Shown piece after piece: positions 39,216-51,371 of a DNA stretch of 64,000 bases (position 1 is its first letter; every line of letters begins with the position of its first letter). Source of the stretch: Paraspadella gotoi (Eukaryota > Animalia > Chaetognatha). The notes under the pieces were generated by a model. It saw only the letters and a list, made by a program, of their open reading frames with translations, did no database searches and was not told where the DNA came from. The stretch covers positions 22,507,486 to 22,571,485 of the forward strand of contig CM119267.1 in assembly GCA_051294375.1 (NCBI GenBank), written 5' to 3'. The position numbers and the translations under genes were made by a program.

Positions 39216-39402
39216 GATAGGAAAGCCAAGTACTCTGAGAGTGAATAAACGAGACTGTGAGAGTCTCGATTAAAAGATGGCAGAGTTCTGCTATAGGATT
39301 ATCTTGTAAGAGTGATGGAGGTCATAACGCACCATAGCTTCTCCAAAGTCAGGGGCAAGAAAGCTTATTTATCATAGTTTTGATATTAGTTGTACCAATT
39401 TC
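39216..39402 (+). mobile_element. Diverged copy of the same short interspersed repeat
   Basis: gataggaaagccaagtactctgagagtgaataaacgagactgtgagag...atcttgtaagagtgatggagg...tccaaagtcaggggcaaga...gttgtaccaatttc. Many substitutions relative to the other copies. Confidence 0.8.
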
Positions 39403-39857
39403 AGAACAAAATTACCAAGAAAAAAAAAACCAAAACTCCAAAGCGGCTCACATAGCGACCAACAAAAGTAAATTTAAACCGACGAAGCGGTTAAAAAAAA
39501 AACGATAGTTTTAGTCGGCTATGGAGGGTGAACCGACAAAGACGATCCGTACTGGAATTAACGGTCCGTCGGTCGTCGTTTTGTCGGCCATTGTCGATCG
39601 TCCTCGTCCCGCGGCGACCGAAGGGGAGGGATGACGCTCCCGGATAATGAATGCTCGCGCCTCTAATCAGCCANNNNNNNNNNNNNNNNNNNNNNNNNNN
39701 NNNNNNNNNNNNNNNNNNNNNNNNNNNNNNNNNNNNNNNNNNNNNNNNNNNNNNNNNNNNNNNNNNNNNNNNNNNNNNNNNNNNNNNNNNNNNNNNNNNN
39801 NNNNNNNNNNNNNNNNNNNNNNNNNNNNNNNNNNNNNNNNNNNNNNNNNNNNNNNNN

Positions 39858-39894
<37 letters not shown>

Positions 39895-40340
39895 CGATTC
39901 CAATTCAACGCGGCCATTTTTTTTCTCAAAGGCTCAGCGCTAGATGGCGGGACGAAAGAGCGCATTTTTTTTCTCCTTCTGTCCAATCTTTCTGACACTT
40001 TGCGTCTAAGTTTCTGGATTTACTGCTGCAGATTTTTCTTTTTTATTGTGACCATCTTTCTGTCAACTGGTCCTTATTTTTACTTTTATCTCGCTATTTT
40101 TTAATTTCTGTCTTCTTTGTATTTCTGTTCATTTTTTCTGTCTCATCTGCCTTCGCTCCGCTTTCTTTCTTNNNNNNNNNNNNNNNNNNNNNNNNNAAGA
40201 GAGGAGATAATAAGACAGATGGAAAGAAATTGTTTGAGGGAAGATATAGGGAGAGAGGGAGATACTCGGCTGAGGAGGGAGAGAGAGGGATCGAGAGAGG
40301 GAGAGAGAAATAGAAAGAGAGAGACGAGAGAGAGAGAGAC

Positions 40341-40374
<34 letters not shown>

Positions 40375-41378
40375 GGAGCAGAGAGAAGGAGAAAAAAGAG
40401 AGGGACAGAGAGAGGACATGAAGAGAGACACGGAGAGGGAACAGAGAGGGACAGTATAGAGTAAAGAAAGAAAGAAAGAAAGAAAGAGTGAGAGAGAGAG
40501 AAGAGGATAGTGGAGAGAAAGATTAAAAAAGCCACAGAGTTAGAGAATCGGAGAGTGAAACCGATCTTAACTTAGGGAAAGAAAAAGTAGTAGAGGAGAG
40601 ACAGAGTGAGAGACAGAGAAGAGACTGAGAGAGAGAGAGAGCTTAAACAAAAGTCGAGGAAAAGAAAGGAAAGAAAAAAGAAGGAACAAAGGATTTTAAG
40701 GGAATCGCGAACGGAACCGAGGAGGTCTTTTGCTTTTGTCCATGCTGATACTTCGAGCCGCGTTGGCGTCGTACTACAAGGGGGAGTTTTCATTAATTTA
40801 ATTATTTTTTTAATTTAAAAAAAATTATGAAAAAAATAATTAAAATATAATAAAAATAAAGGTTTATAAAAATAAATTATAAATTATTGAATAGATGTGA
40901 TAATAAAATTTTTAAAATAATAATTAATAATAATAAAAAAATTGTTTGCTTAATTTTAAGTAATTAAAATAATTTTATAAATAATGTGTTATAATTTTAT
41001 CTACTAAAATAGTATATTATAAAATGATTTAAAAATATTCTTCTTATAAATTTGTAAAAATATTTATAACTTGGTTACAGTCGTCAGGCCGTTGCACGTG
41101 GCCTGTCTCTTTTTCCTCCCTCCTCCTCACTCTCCTCTCATCTCTTGACGTCGAATCGCGTGTGATCTCATACCATCTTCCGTCGCGCCATTTTCTTCCG
41201 CTTATGTTTTCATGTCCTATCGCATTTTTCCGCCGCGTTTTCCGCCCCGCCTGCCCGTGTTGCTTTTTTTGGTCGCGTCTCTTCGCGTTGTACTCTCGCG
41301 TTCTGATCGGTCCCGGAGAGAGAGAGAGAGAGTAGAGAGGAGAGACGAGAGAGAGAGAGAGAGAGAGAGATGAGAGAG

Positions 41379-41414
<36 letters not shown>

Positions 41415-41773
41415 GGGAAAGCGGTAGTTTGACATTGCATTTGGAGATGTGCGCTTTAATGTGCAGCATGTGTTCGTTACCGTGCGAAGGAGCGTGGTTT
41501 GAGATGAATTATCGACCGTGGGGATGGAAGGAGGGACGTCTTGAAGAATCAAAAATCGGGGAAGAGAAAAGAGAGAAGTAGAGAGAGGAGGAGAGAGAGA
41601 GAGAGAGAGAGAGACGACGAGAGAGAGAGATGAGTTAGAGAAGAGACGAGAAAAGGAGAGAGTAGAGAGAGTACGAGAGAGGATGAGTAGAGACGAGAGA
41701 GGAGAGAGAGTAGATTGGGTGACGAGATTGTGACTTGGGAATGCATTCAATGATTGAATGTTTTTAGCGTCCA

Positions 41774-41898
41774 CGCCCTCACAGGTCAGTCAACATTGAC
41801 GATAACGCTGATTACTTTAGTCTACAGAAGCGCCCTCACACGACGGTCAACATTGACGCTAACGCTGATTACTGTAGACTACAGTAGCGCCCTCGCAC
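41774..41898 (+). repeat. 57-bp tandem repeat (2.2 copies) with internal palindromes
   Basis: cgccctc starts at 41774, 41831 and 41888. Contains GTCAA-CA-TTGAC and TACTGTAG-A-CTACAGTA. Confidence 0.88.
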
Positions 41899-43224
41899 GC
41901 GGGAAAACGGCTCCCGAGTTCAAAGGTCGTGGACGAATGCCTTTCAAGTCAAGTGAGAATCAGCGTGCGTGCGAGATAACGAGACTTGGAGATAATGTAA
42001 AGAGTCCGCGCGCACTTTGTTCCCCTTCCCTCTCCCCCCCTTGGCGGCCGCACTACCCGCCCCCTTTTGACTCTGGTGGGGGGAAAAAAGGGATCAACGA
42101 GAAGAGAAACATTTGGTGGGGAGAGTTGGGTGGGAGGAGAAAAAGGATAGATAGAAAGATAGATATATAGATAGATAGATAGATTAGATGGATAAATGGG
42201 GATAGAGTTTGGAGAGACGAGAAAACGGGAAAAGAGTGTTTAGAGGAGAAAGGGAGAGAGTTAGGAGAAAATAAAAGTAGAAAGATAATAAGGGTTTAGT
42301 GAAAGTAAGGATAAGAATTTGTGAGAAAATATGGGAGATTGGGTCAAGACTGTTATAGAAGTGGAAAGACGCACTTTAATTGAATTGCTATTTTTGCTGT
42401 ATGATTATTGTCAATTGCTTCGATTGGAAAGCAATGGAAGTACTATTATGTTTGATTATATTTATTAAGGTTCTACCTTTATTGCACGATTTAACAGATG
42501 CAAGCTTAGGTTACATACATAAACTTTTACCAATTATTAAATTGACAATTACGACGCCTACGGAGACGTCAACGCCAATGCGGATCTCGGAACGTTTAGA
42601 GTGAGCCTGGCAACGAAGTGAATTTTTTATGGTGTATCCACAGACTAATGCAAAAAAGGTTGTAAACCAAACCCTGCAGATCTCAGCCATGTAATATTAA
42701 CTATATTAAGGAAAAAAAACGCGTTGAACAAAATCTCTTTCTTTCTTCTCTCAGTTCGTCTCTTCGTCTCTTACTTCATACAACTGAAGCAAAGAGAACT
42801 AGAATGACGCTTAGCAAATATTACATCTTCCTTTCGAGCAAAAATCTCGTCGTAACTTGAACCAAATTTCTTTTTCACTTTTTTTGGTAAATATGAAAAT
42901 TTTTCTCCCCTTTTCTTTCTCGATTTCCTTCTGCTATTAAATTTTTGTTTCCATTCAGTTCATCTAATTTTTTGTTTGTTTATTGTTTTGTTTAATTTCT
43001 AATATTATTTTAACTTTTCCCTATTATTTCTTTGATTTTCTCCAACTTTTTCATTTCCTTTTTCTGCCTCACCCCAACCCGCCCCTTCCCCCCCCATTTC
43101 CCAAACAATCTCGAAACCGAGAATCCGATTATTTTTTGTGTCGACATCGTCGACCCTCTTTCGATTTAACCTTTATCGTTTCCGGGGAAAAAAAAAACTT
43201 AAATATTACGTTGGACGTGAAACG

Positions 43225-43295
43225 CGCGTTTTTCGCGGGAAAGCACGCGCCGCGGTTCGAGGCGGGGGGGCGTGGCCCGTGTTTGAAACGCGCGA
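43225..43295. promoter_or_regulatory. GC-rich promoter-like cluster (E2F-like, Sp/KLF-like, CHR-like); mirrored at ~50460-50530
   Basis: TTTCGCGGGAAA (43231-43242), GGGCGTGGC (43268-43276), TTTGAA (43282-43287). Confidence 0.3.
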
Positions 43296-45139
43296 GCGAC
43301 TGGTTTCCGGTCGCTGGTCGAGACCGGATATATCCGTGGCGTTATGAAAACGTCACGCGTCGTCACGGTCGATGCGCGTCGGGGTCATTTTTTTTCTCTC
43401 CTTGACGCGACGGCGAAAACCCGAGTTTTTGACCTTTCGAGTAAAAAGAACGAGGGGTTTTTTTTTTTATTCCGTTAGCAGACCGATTCTACTAAGCCTC
43501 AACATTTAAATGCAATCGTGTTTGTTGAGAATAAATACGTCTTTATTCAAACAGCCGCTGTTAATAATGTCTACGTGGGACTTACGTAAAAATTAGAGAA
43601 ATTAATATATGATTACGTTTTTACTAGAAGACATCTATCATCTATCCCTCAAACAAGATAATTTAAAATCAAAACAAAAGCAATGTTTTCTATCTAGATT
43701 CTGTTAGCTTAAGGTCTCAGAATAATACATGGTTTCTCTTTATCAATAAATATATATATATAATATATTTATATTTTCAGTTGGGCCTCTTCCTTCAGTT
43801 CATAATTTTAAATATTTAGCTTATTGCTTCCTAGGAAATATACTCATATATTATCAAATAGTAACCATATTAAAGCATAAAGGACGCACTGCACTACTTT
43901 AGCTCTAAACCTCATTCCCTTCTTTTGTTATGCCCCTTTAATTTCTCTGGAGACTTCGTCCGACGACGCGCTCGACTTTATTTTGCCGAGAGAAGCTCCA
44001 GAGATTTAAGAGGCCAGTTTTTTGATCTCTTCCTTCCATTAATTTTCGGCAAAGCATCCCAGACATCCGACGCCAGAGACCTCGATTTCCTTCGCGTCTT
44101 CCTTTTCTTTTTTTTTCTTTCAATTTCCTCTTTTTTTTCCTTCTCGATTTTTTACTTTCCTTTTCTTTCTCCTCCTTTTTCCTTTATCTTTCTTTTAAAC
44201 GCTTCAAATTGTTTTTCCTCCCATTTCCTATTCTTTCCTTTCCTTTCCATTCTTTCCTCCTTTTCCTTTCTCCCTCCTATTTCTCCTTTTTTTACTTTTC
44301 CTTTTTTCCCGACCTTTACTTTTTTCTTTCCATTTCCTATTTCTTTCTTTCTCGCTTTTGCGATTTTCTTTCCTTTTCCTCAATTTCTTCTCTTTCCTTT
44401 CCTCGCTTTTATCAATTTTCTTTTCCTCTTTCTTTTTTCCTGCTTTTTTTTCCGTTATGTTCTTTACTGATGCGGTACCTTTTCCTTTCCTTTACCCTTC
44501 TATTTCCTTTCCTTTATTTACACTGTTTTGTTTCCTTTCCTTTCTATTTTCTTTACTTTCAGTTTTCACGCTTTCCTTTCCTTTCGCGGATTTCCTCCTC
44601 TTTCCATCTTCTCTTTCCTCAATCATTTCCTCCCTTTATTTCCTCTATTTCTCCTTTCCTCCATCCATCTCAATTCCTCTTTTTCTCTCTTCCTCTCATT
44701 TTTCCTCTCTTTCTTCGTATTTACTTTATTCTTTAGTTTCTTCTCGAAACTCTCCATTACCGCCTCTCTTTCCCCTTCCTCCGCTCTCCCCCCCTCGTAC
44801 CTCCCCCCTCCTCCTCTATATTGAGAGGCAACTCCGCTCTAATTCTCCTCTTGAACTTGTAAAAAAGAAAAGAGACCAAACAACAAAAAAATAAGAAAAT
44901 AAAAAAAGCAAAACCAACTTTTCTCTCTCAACTAAGAAAAAAAACTACCTCTCAGCCTTACATCAGCCTCGCAAATCCTCCCTTCCAAAAGTGGACATCC
45001 AAAGACTTACTTTCCAAACTCGAAACTTACTTTTTCAAAACTCTAGACTATACTCTCCCCTGACGTCCGCCGGTTCCTTACTTCATTCTCCTTTCTTTCG
45101 ATGGAGGCTCATTCGCTTTGCGCTTCTCAAACTCGTCAC

Positions 45140-46490
45140 TTCTCCAACGTCCACTTCATCCCATGCACACCGCGCACGCATCTTCCCCTTTCCGTCCGGA
45201 CATTTCAAGCCTCTTCATCGGCCATGGCAACGCCCGCGGACGCATCTTTCCCTTTCCGTCGGACATTTCCAACGCTCTTCATCGCTCACAAACCCCCAAC
45301 GCATCTTCCCCTTTCCGTCCGGACATTTCCAACGCGCTCTTATCGCCATGGCAACGCCGCGGACGGCATCTTCCCTTTCCGTCTCCGGACATCTCCAACG
45401 TCTCTTTCATCGCCATGGCATACGCCCCGCGGACGCCAATCTTTCCCCCTTTTCCTGTCCGGACATTCCAAGCGCCATCTTTCATCGCCATGGCAACGCC
45501 CGCGGACGCATCTTTCCCCTTTCCGTTCGCGACAATCTCCAACGTCTTCTTTCATCGCCATGGCATAGCGTCCCAGCGCGAACGACAAATCTTTCCTCCA
45601 TTTTCCGTACCGCGACATTTCCAACGCACTCTTCATCCCGCCATGCAACACTCGCGTGACGCCAATCTTTCCCGCTTCGGGCGCTCCGACCATTTCCACA
45701 CGCTCTCTTCAATCGCCATCGGCAACGCCCGCGACGGCATGCTTTCCCCCTTTCCGTCTCGGACATCTCCAACGTCCACTTCATACGCAGCAACGCGCCC
45801 GCGGACGCCAATCTTTCCCCTTCCATCCGGACATTTTCCAACGCCTCTCATCAGCCATGGCAACCGCCCGTAGACGACCATCTTTCCCTTTCCGTGTGCG
45901 ACCTCTCCAACGTCTCTCATCGCCATGGCAAACACCCGCGGACGGCATCTTTCCCCTTTCCGTCCGGACATTTCCAAACGGCTCTTCATCGCCATGGCAA
46001 AACGCCCCGTAGACCGCATCTTTCCCCTTTCCGTCCGTACATTTCCAACGCCTCTTCATCGCCATTGGCCAAACGGCCCTGTAGACGCATCTCTTCCCCT
46101 TCCGTCTGGACATCTCCAACGTCCCTTCTTTGCCATGGCAACGCCCCGGACGCATGCTTCCCCTTCCCTGGAACATCTCCAACGTCTCTTCTTTGCCATG
46201 GCAAAACGCCCGGCGCGGAACGCTACTTTCCCCTTTCCCGTCCGACTATTCCAACGCACACTCATTCATACAAACCATATAGCACACGCCGTAGACGCAT
46301 CTTTCCCTTTCCGTCATGACATCTCACCGTCTCTTCTTTGCCATGGCAACGCCCGCGGACGCCATCTTCCCCTTTCCGTCCGATCGTACATTCGTCAACG
46401 CCTCTTCAGCGCCATGGCAACGCCCACGGAACGCATCTTTTTCCCCTTTCCGTCCGGACTATCTTCAACGCCCTCTTCATCGCTCCAGCG
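45140..46490 (+). repeat. Tandem array of a 66-bp unit (~20 copies, degraded by indels)
   Basis: Consensus GCCATGGCAACGCCCGCGGACGCATCTTTCCCCTTTCCGTCCGGACATYTCCAACGCCTCTTCATC. Confidence 0.93.
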
Positions 46491-47576
46491 ACCCCTACTC
46501 CAGCATCGTTTTGCGGAATGAACGTCGACCCTCTCCATCGGCCAATGAAGCAAATATCAATCTAGGAAATGAAGCAACAAAAAATCTGCATGTGCCAAAG
46601 TTCACTTTGGTTTCGGAGTTTTTAAAAAAAGAAATCAAAAGTTTTTGTAAGCACTGAGAATAAAAAATCTTACGAGTGCAGCATTTAACAATGTCAGAAA
46701 AATTTTTAAGTTTTTATCAGCGTTGTTTTGCTAAACTATTACAATTACTTATTTTTATTCACGATTATTAGTTAAGCAAAATAAACTCGAACCCAAAAGG
46801 TTTATGTGGTAAATACAGAAAACAAAGCAAAAAGCTGGAAGCGTAAAACAATTGACTCGCGAGACTTGTGATATTTTTTTTTTGCAATATTGTTCATTGT
46901 CCACAATTGGTCCACCTATAGGAAAGCCACTCACGCTCCCTCAAAATCTACCACCTTTATATACCACCCCACCCACCACCCCGTCCCCATTCCCTCAGAT
47001 TTAAGAGTGGTAGCCCATGTGATCAAACCAATTTATCTCCACCATTTGATGTTTGGGCCAAAAAGGCTTGTGAGCTGAGGAAAAGAGAGAGAGACGAGAG
47101 ATCCCGACGAGAGAGAGATGAGGAGAGAGAGCAGAGAGAGAAACGCCGAGAAGGCGCCGACGCCGTCCCCGCGTCGAGCGTTTGCATTCGATCAAGGAGA
47201 ATGAGGGGGACGGGGAAGACTGGGGAGAGAGTGGGAGGGGAAGGAAAGGGAGAAGGGAAGGAAGGGGAAAGTGAAGCAGTGAGGGGGAGTATGAAGGTGT
47301 TAAAGAAGAGGTGTCGAGGGGTATGAACCGAAGAGGAAAGAGACTAAAAAAAGGACTAATAGCAGTTAGGAAATTCAATAAAGAATAGAGGAAGGAGGTC
47401 ATCGGAAAAACGAATTGAAATAAGAAACAACAACTGAAAGCTAATTTAAAAAAGGAGAGAAGAGAAAACGTAAATCGAAAGAAAAGAAAAAAGGAACAAA
47501 GAAACGACGAAAAGGAAAAAGGAAAGAAAAGAAAGAAAAAGTATTGGAACAGAAAAAAGAATCGAGAAAAGAAGAG

Positions 47577-47630
<54 letters not shown>

Positions 47631-47738
47631 CTTTTTTTTTCTTTTTTTGAGGAATCAATAGTCTACACGTGGTATCTGTCTAGATGCCTCGACTTGAGTT
47701 TTCCTCACTCCATCTCTCAGCCTTTTCCACTTTTTAAA

Positions 47739-47787
<49 letters not shown>

Positions 47788-47937
47788 CTCTCCTCTCTCT
47801 CTCTCTCTGCTCTCTCTCTCTTTCTCTCTTTCATTTATTTTCTCTCTCCAATTCGCGATTCTTTCTTTTCCAAACTTTTTCACCATATTTTCTTGCTCAT
47901 TCTTTTCCATCTNNNNNNNNNNNNNNNNNNNNNNNNN

Positions 47938-48585
47938 GGAAAGATGCGTCCGCGGGCGTTGCCATGGCGATGAAGAGACGTTGGAGATGTCCGGACGGAA
48001 AGGGGAAAGATGCGTCCGCGGGCGTTGCCATGGCGAATTGAAGACGGCGTAAAATGTCGGACGCCGAAAGCGGGAAAGATTGCGTCACGCGGGTGTTGCA
48101 TGGCGATGAAGAGGCGTTATGGAAATGTCCGGACGGGAAGGGGAGATTGCGTCCGCGGGCGTTGCCATGGCGATGAAGAGAGTTGGAGATGTCCGGACGG
48201 AAAGGGGAAAGATGCGTCCGCGGGCGTTGCCATGGCGATGAAAGAGGCGTTGGAAATGTCCGGACGGAAAGGGGAAAGATGCGTCTGCGGGCGTTGCCAT
48301 GGCGATGAGAAGACGTTGGAGAATGTCCGGACGAAAGGGAAGATGCTGTCGCGGGCGTTGCCATGGCGATGAAGAGGCTTGGGAAATGTCCTGGACGGAA
48401 AGGGGAAGATGCGTCTAGCGGGCGTTGCCATGGCGATGAAGAGGCGTTGGAAATGTCCGGGACGGAAAGGGGAAAGATGCGTCCGCGGGCGTTGCCATGG
48501 CCGATGAAGAGGCGTTGGAATGTCGGACGGAAAGGGGAAAGATGCGTCCGCGGGTGATTTGCCATGGCGATGAAGTGGACGTTGA
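47938..48585 (-). repeat. Tandem array of the same 66-bp unit in opposite orientation (~10 copies, truncated by gap)
   Basis: Period measured directly: gatgcgtccgcggg at 47943 and 48009. Confidence 0.95.
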
Positions 48586-51371
48586 GAAGATTGACGAGGA
48601 TTGAGAAGGCGCAAAGCGAATGACGCCTCCATCGAAAGAAGGAGAATGAAGTAGGCAACCGGCGGACGTCAGGGGCGAGAGGTAAGTCTAGAGTTTTTGA
48701 AAAAGTAAGTTTCGAGTTTGGAAAGGTAAGTCTTTGAGTGTCCACTTTTGGAAGGGAGGATTTGCGAGGCTGATAAAAGGCTGAGAGGTAGTTTTTTTTC
48801 CTCTCGTTACAGAGAGAGAAAGTTGGTTTTGCTTTTTTTATTTTCTTATTTTTTTGTTGTTTGGTCTCTTTTCTTTTTTACAAGTTCAAGAGGAGAATTA
48901 GACGGAGTTGCCTCTCAATTAAGAGAAGAGGAGGGGGAGTACGGGGGGGGGGGGGAGAGCGGAGGAAGAGGGGGAAACGAGAGGCGTAATGGGAGAAGTT
49001 TCGAAGAAGAAACTAAAGAATAAAGTAAATACGAAAGGAAAGAGGAAAAATGAGAGGAAGAGAGAAAAAAGGGAGGAATTGAGATGGATGGAGGAAAGGA
49101 GAAATAGAGGAAATAAAGGGAGGGAAATGATTGAGGAAAGAGAAGATGGAAAGAGGAGGAAATCCGCGAAAGGAAAGGAAAGCGTGAAAACTGAAAGTAA
49201 AGAAAATAGAAAGGAAAGGAAACAAAACAGTGTAATAAAAGGAAAGGAAATAGAAGGGTAAAGGAAAAGGAAAAGGTACCGCATCAGTAAAGAAACTAAC
49301 GGAAAAAAAAAGCAGGAAAAAAGAAAAGAGGAAAAGAAAATTGATAAGAAAAGCGAGGAAAGGAAAGAGAAGAAATTGGAGGAAAAGGAAAGAAAATCGC
49401 AAAAGCGAGGAAAGGAAAGAAATAGGAAATGGAAAGAAAAAAGTAAAGGTGGGAAAAAGGAAGTAAATAAAAAAGGAGGAAATAGGAGGGAGAAAGGAAA
49501 AGGAGGAAAGGAATGGAAAGGAAAGGAAAGAATAGGAAATGGGAGGAAAAACAATTTGAAGCGTTAAAAGAAAAGTAAAGGAAAAAGGAGGAAGAAAGAA
49601 AAGGAAAGTAAAAATCGAGGAAAGGAAAAAAAAAGAGGAAATTGAAAGAAAAAAAAAAGAAAAGGAAGACGCGAAAGGAAATCGAGGTCTCTGGCGTCGG
49701 ATGTCTGGGATGCTTTGCCGAAAATTAATGGAAGGAAGAAGATCCAAAAACTGGCCTCTTAAATCTCTGGAGCTTCTCTCGGCAAAATAAAGTCGAGCGC
49801 GTCGTCGGACGAAGGTCTCCAGAGAAAATTAAAGGGCATAACAAAAGAAGGGAATGAGGTTTAGAGCTAAAGTAGTTGCGTCCTTTATGCTTTATAGGTT
49901 ACTATTGATAATATATGAGTATATTTCCTAGGAAGCAATAAGCTAAATATTTTAAAATTATGAACTGAAGGAAGAGGCCCAACTGAAATATAAAATATAT
50001 TAATATATATATTATTTATTGATAGAGAAACCATGTATTATTCTGAGACCTTAAGACTAACAGAATCTAGATAGAAAACTTGCTTTGTTTTGATTTTAAA
50101 TTATCTTGTTTGAGGGATAGATGGATGGATGTCTTCTGTAAAACGTAATCATATATTAATTTCTCTAATTTTTACGTAAGTCCCACGTAGACATTATACA
50201 CGGCTGTTTGAATAAAGACGTATTTTATTCTCAACAAACACGATTGCATTTAAATGTTTGCTTAGTAAATCGTCTGCTAACGGAATAAAAAAAAAACCCT
50301 CGTTCCTTTTTACTCGAAAGGTCAAAAACTCGGGGTTTTCGCCGTCGCGTCAAGAGAGAAAAAAAAATGACCCCGACGCGCATCGACCGTGACGCGCGTG
50401 ACGTTTCTAACGCCACGGATATATCCGGTCTCGACCAGCGACCGGAAACCACGTCGCTCGCGCGTTCAAACACGGGCCACGCCCCCCCGCCTCGAACCGC
50501 GGCGCGTGCTTTCCCGCGAAAAACGCGCGTTTCACGTCCAACGTAAATATTTAAAGTTTTTTTTTTCCCCCGAAACGATAAAGGTTAAATCGAAAGAGGG
50601 TCGACGATGTCGACACAAAAAATAATCGGATTCTCGGTTTCGAGATTGTTTGGGAAATGGGGGGGGGAGAAGGGGGGCGGGTTGGGGTGAGGGCAGAAAA
50701 AGGAAATGAAAAAGTTGGAGAAAATCAAAGAAATAATAGGGAAAAGTTAAAAATAATATTAGAAATTAAACAAAACAATAAACAAAACAAAAAATTAGAT
50801 GAACTGAATGGAAACAAAAATTTACATAGCAGAAGGAAATCGAGAAAGAAAAGGGGAGAAAAATTTTCATATTTACCAAAAAAAGTGAAAAAGAATTTTG
50901 GTTCAAGTTACGACGAGATTTTTGCTCGAAAGGAAATGTAATATTTGCTAAGCGTCATTCTAGTTCTCTTTGCTTCAGTTGTATGAAGTAAGAGACGAAG
51001 AGACGAACTGAGAGAAGAAAGAAAAGAGATTTTGTCAACGCTGTTTTTTCTCCTTAATATAGTTAAGAATTACATGGCTGAGATCTCAGGGTTTGTTTAC
51101 AACCTTTTTTGCATTAGTCTGTGGATGACACCATAAGAATTCACTTCGTTGCCGAGGCGTCATCTAACGTTCGAGGATCCGGCATTGGCGTTGACGCTCG
51201 TGGCGTCGTTAATTGTCAATTTAATAATTGGTAAAAGTTATTAGTAACCAACTTGCTTGGTTAATGTGATAAAGGGAACCTTAATAAAATAATCAAAGCA
51301 TATAGATATTCCATTGCTTTTGCCATCAAGCAATTGAAATATCTATACAGCAAAAATAGCAATTCAATTAA
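47938..51371 (-). repeat. Right arm of large inverted repeat (starts at a 25-N gap)
   Basis: Mirror of the left arm from 42376 into the 66-bp array; arms differ mainly by small indels. Confidence 0.95.

Larger units (their letters stand above)
42376..46490 (+). repeat. Left arm of large inverted repeat
   Basis: Reverse complement of 47938-51371. Examples: ttaattgaattgctatttttgctgtat vs atacagcaaaaatagcaattcaattaa; ORF 44209-44736(+) mirrors 48919-49554(-). Confidence 0.95.

Noticed and set aside
45140-48585. CRISPR-like array
   Set aside because: Units are head-to-tail with no unique spacers, there are no cas genes, and the context is eukaryotic.
42376-51371. piggyBac element based on TTAA at both ends of the fold-back
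   Set aside because: No CCY termini and no transposase; TTAA is self-complementary and common in this AT-rich flank.
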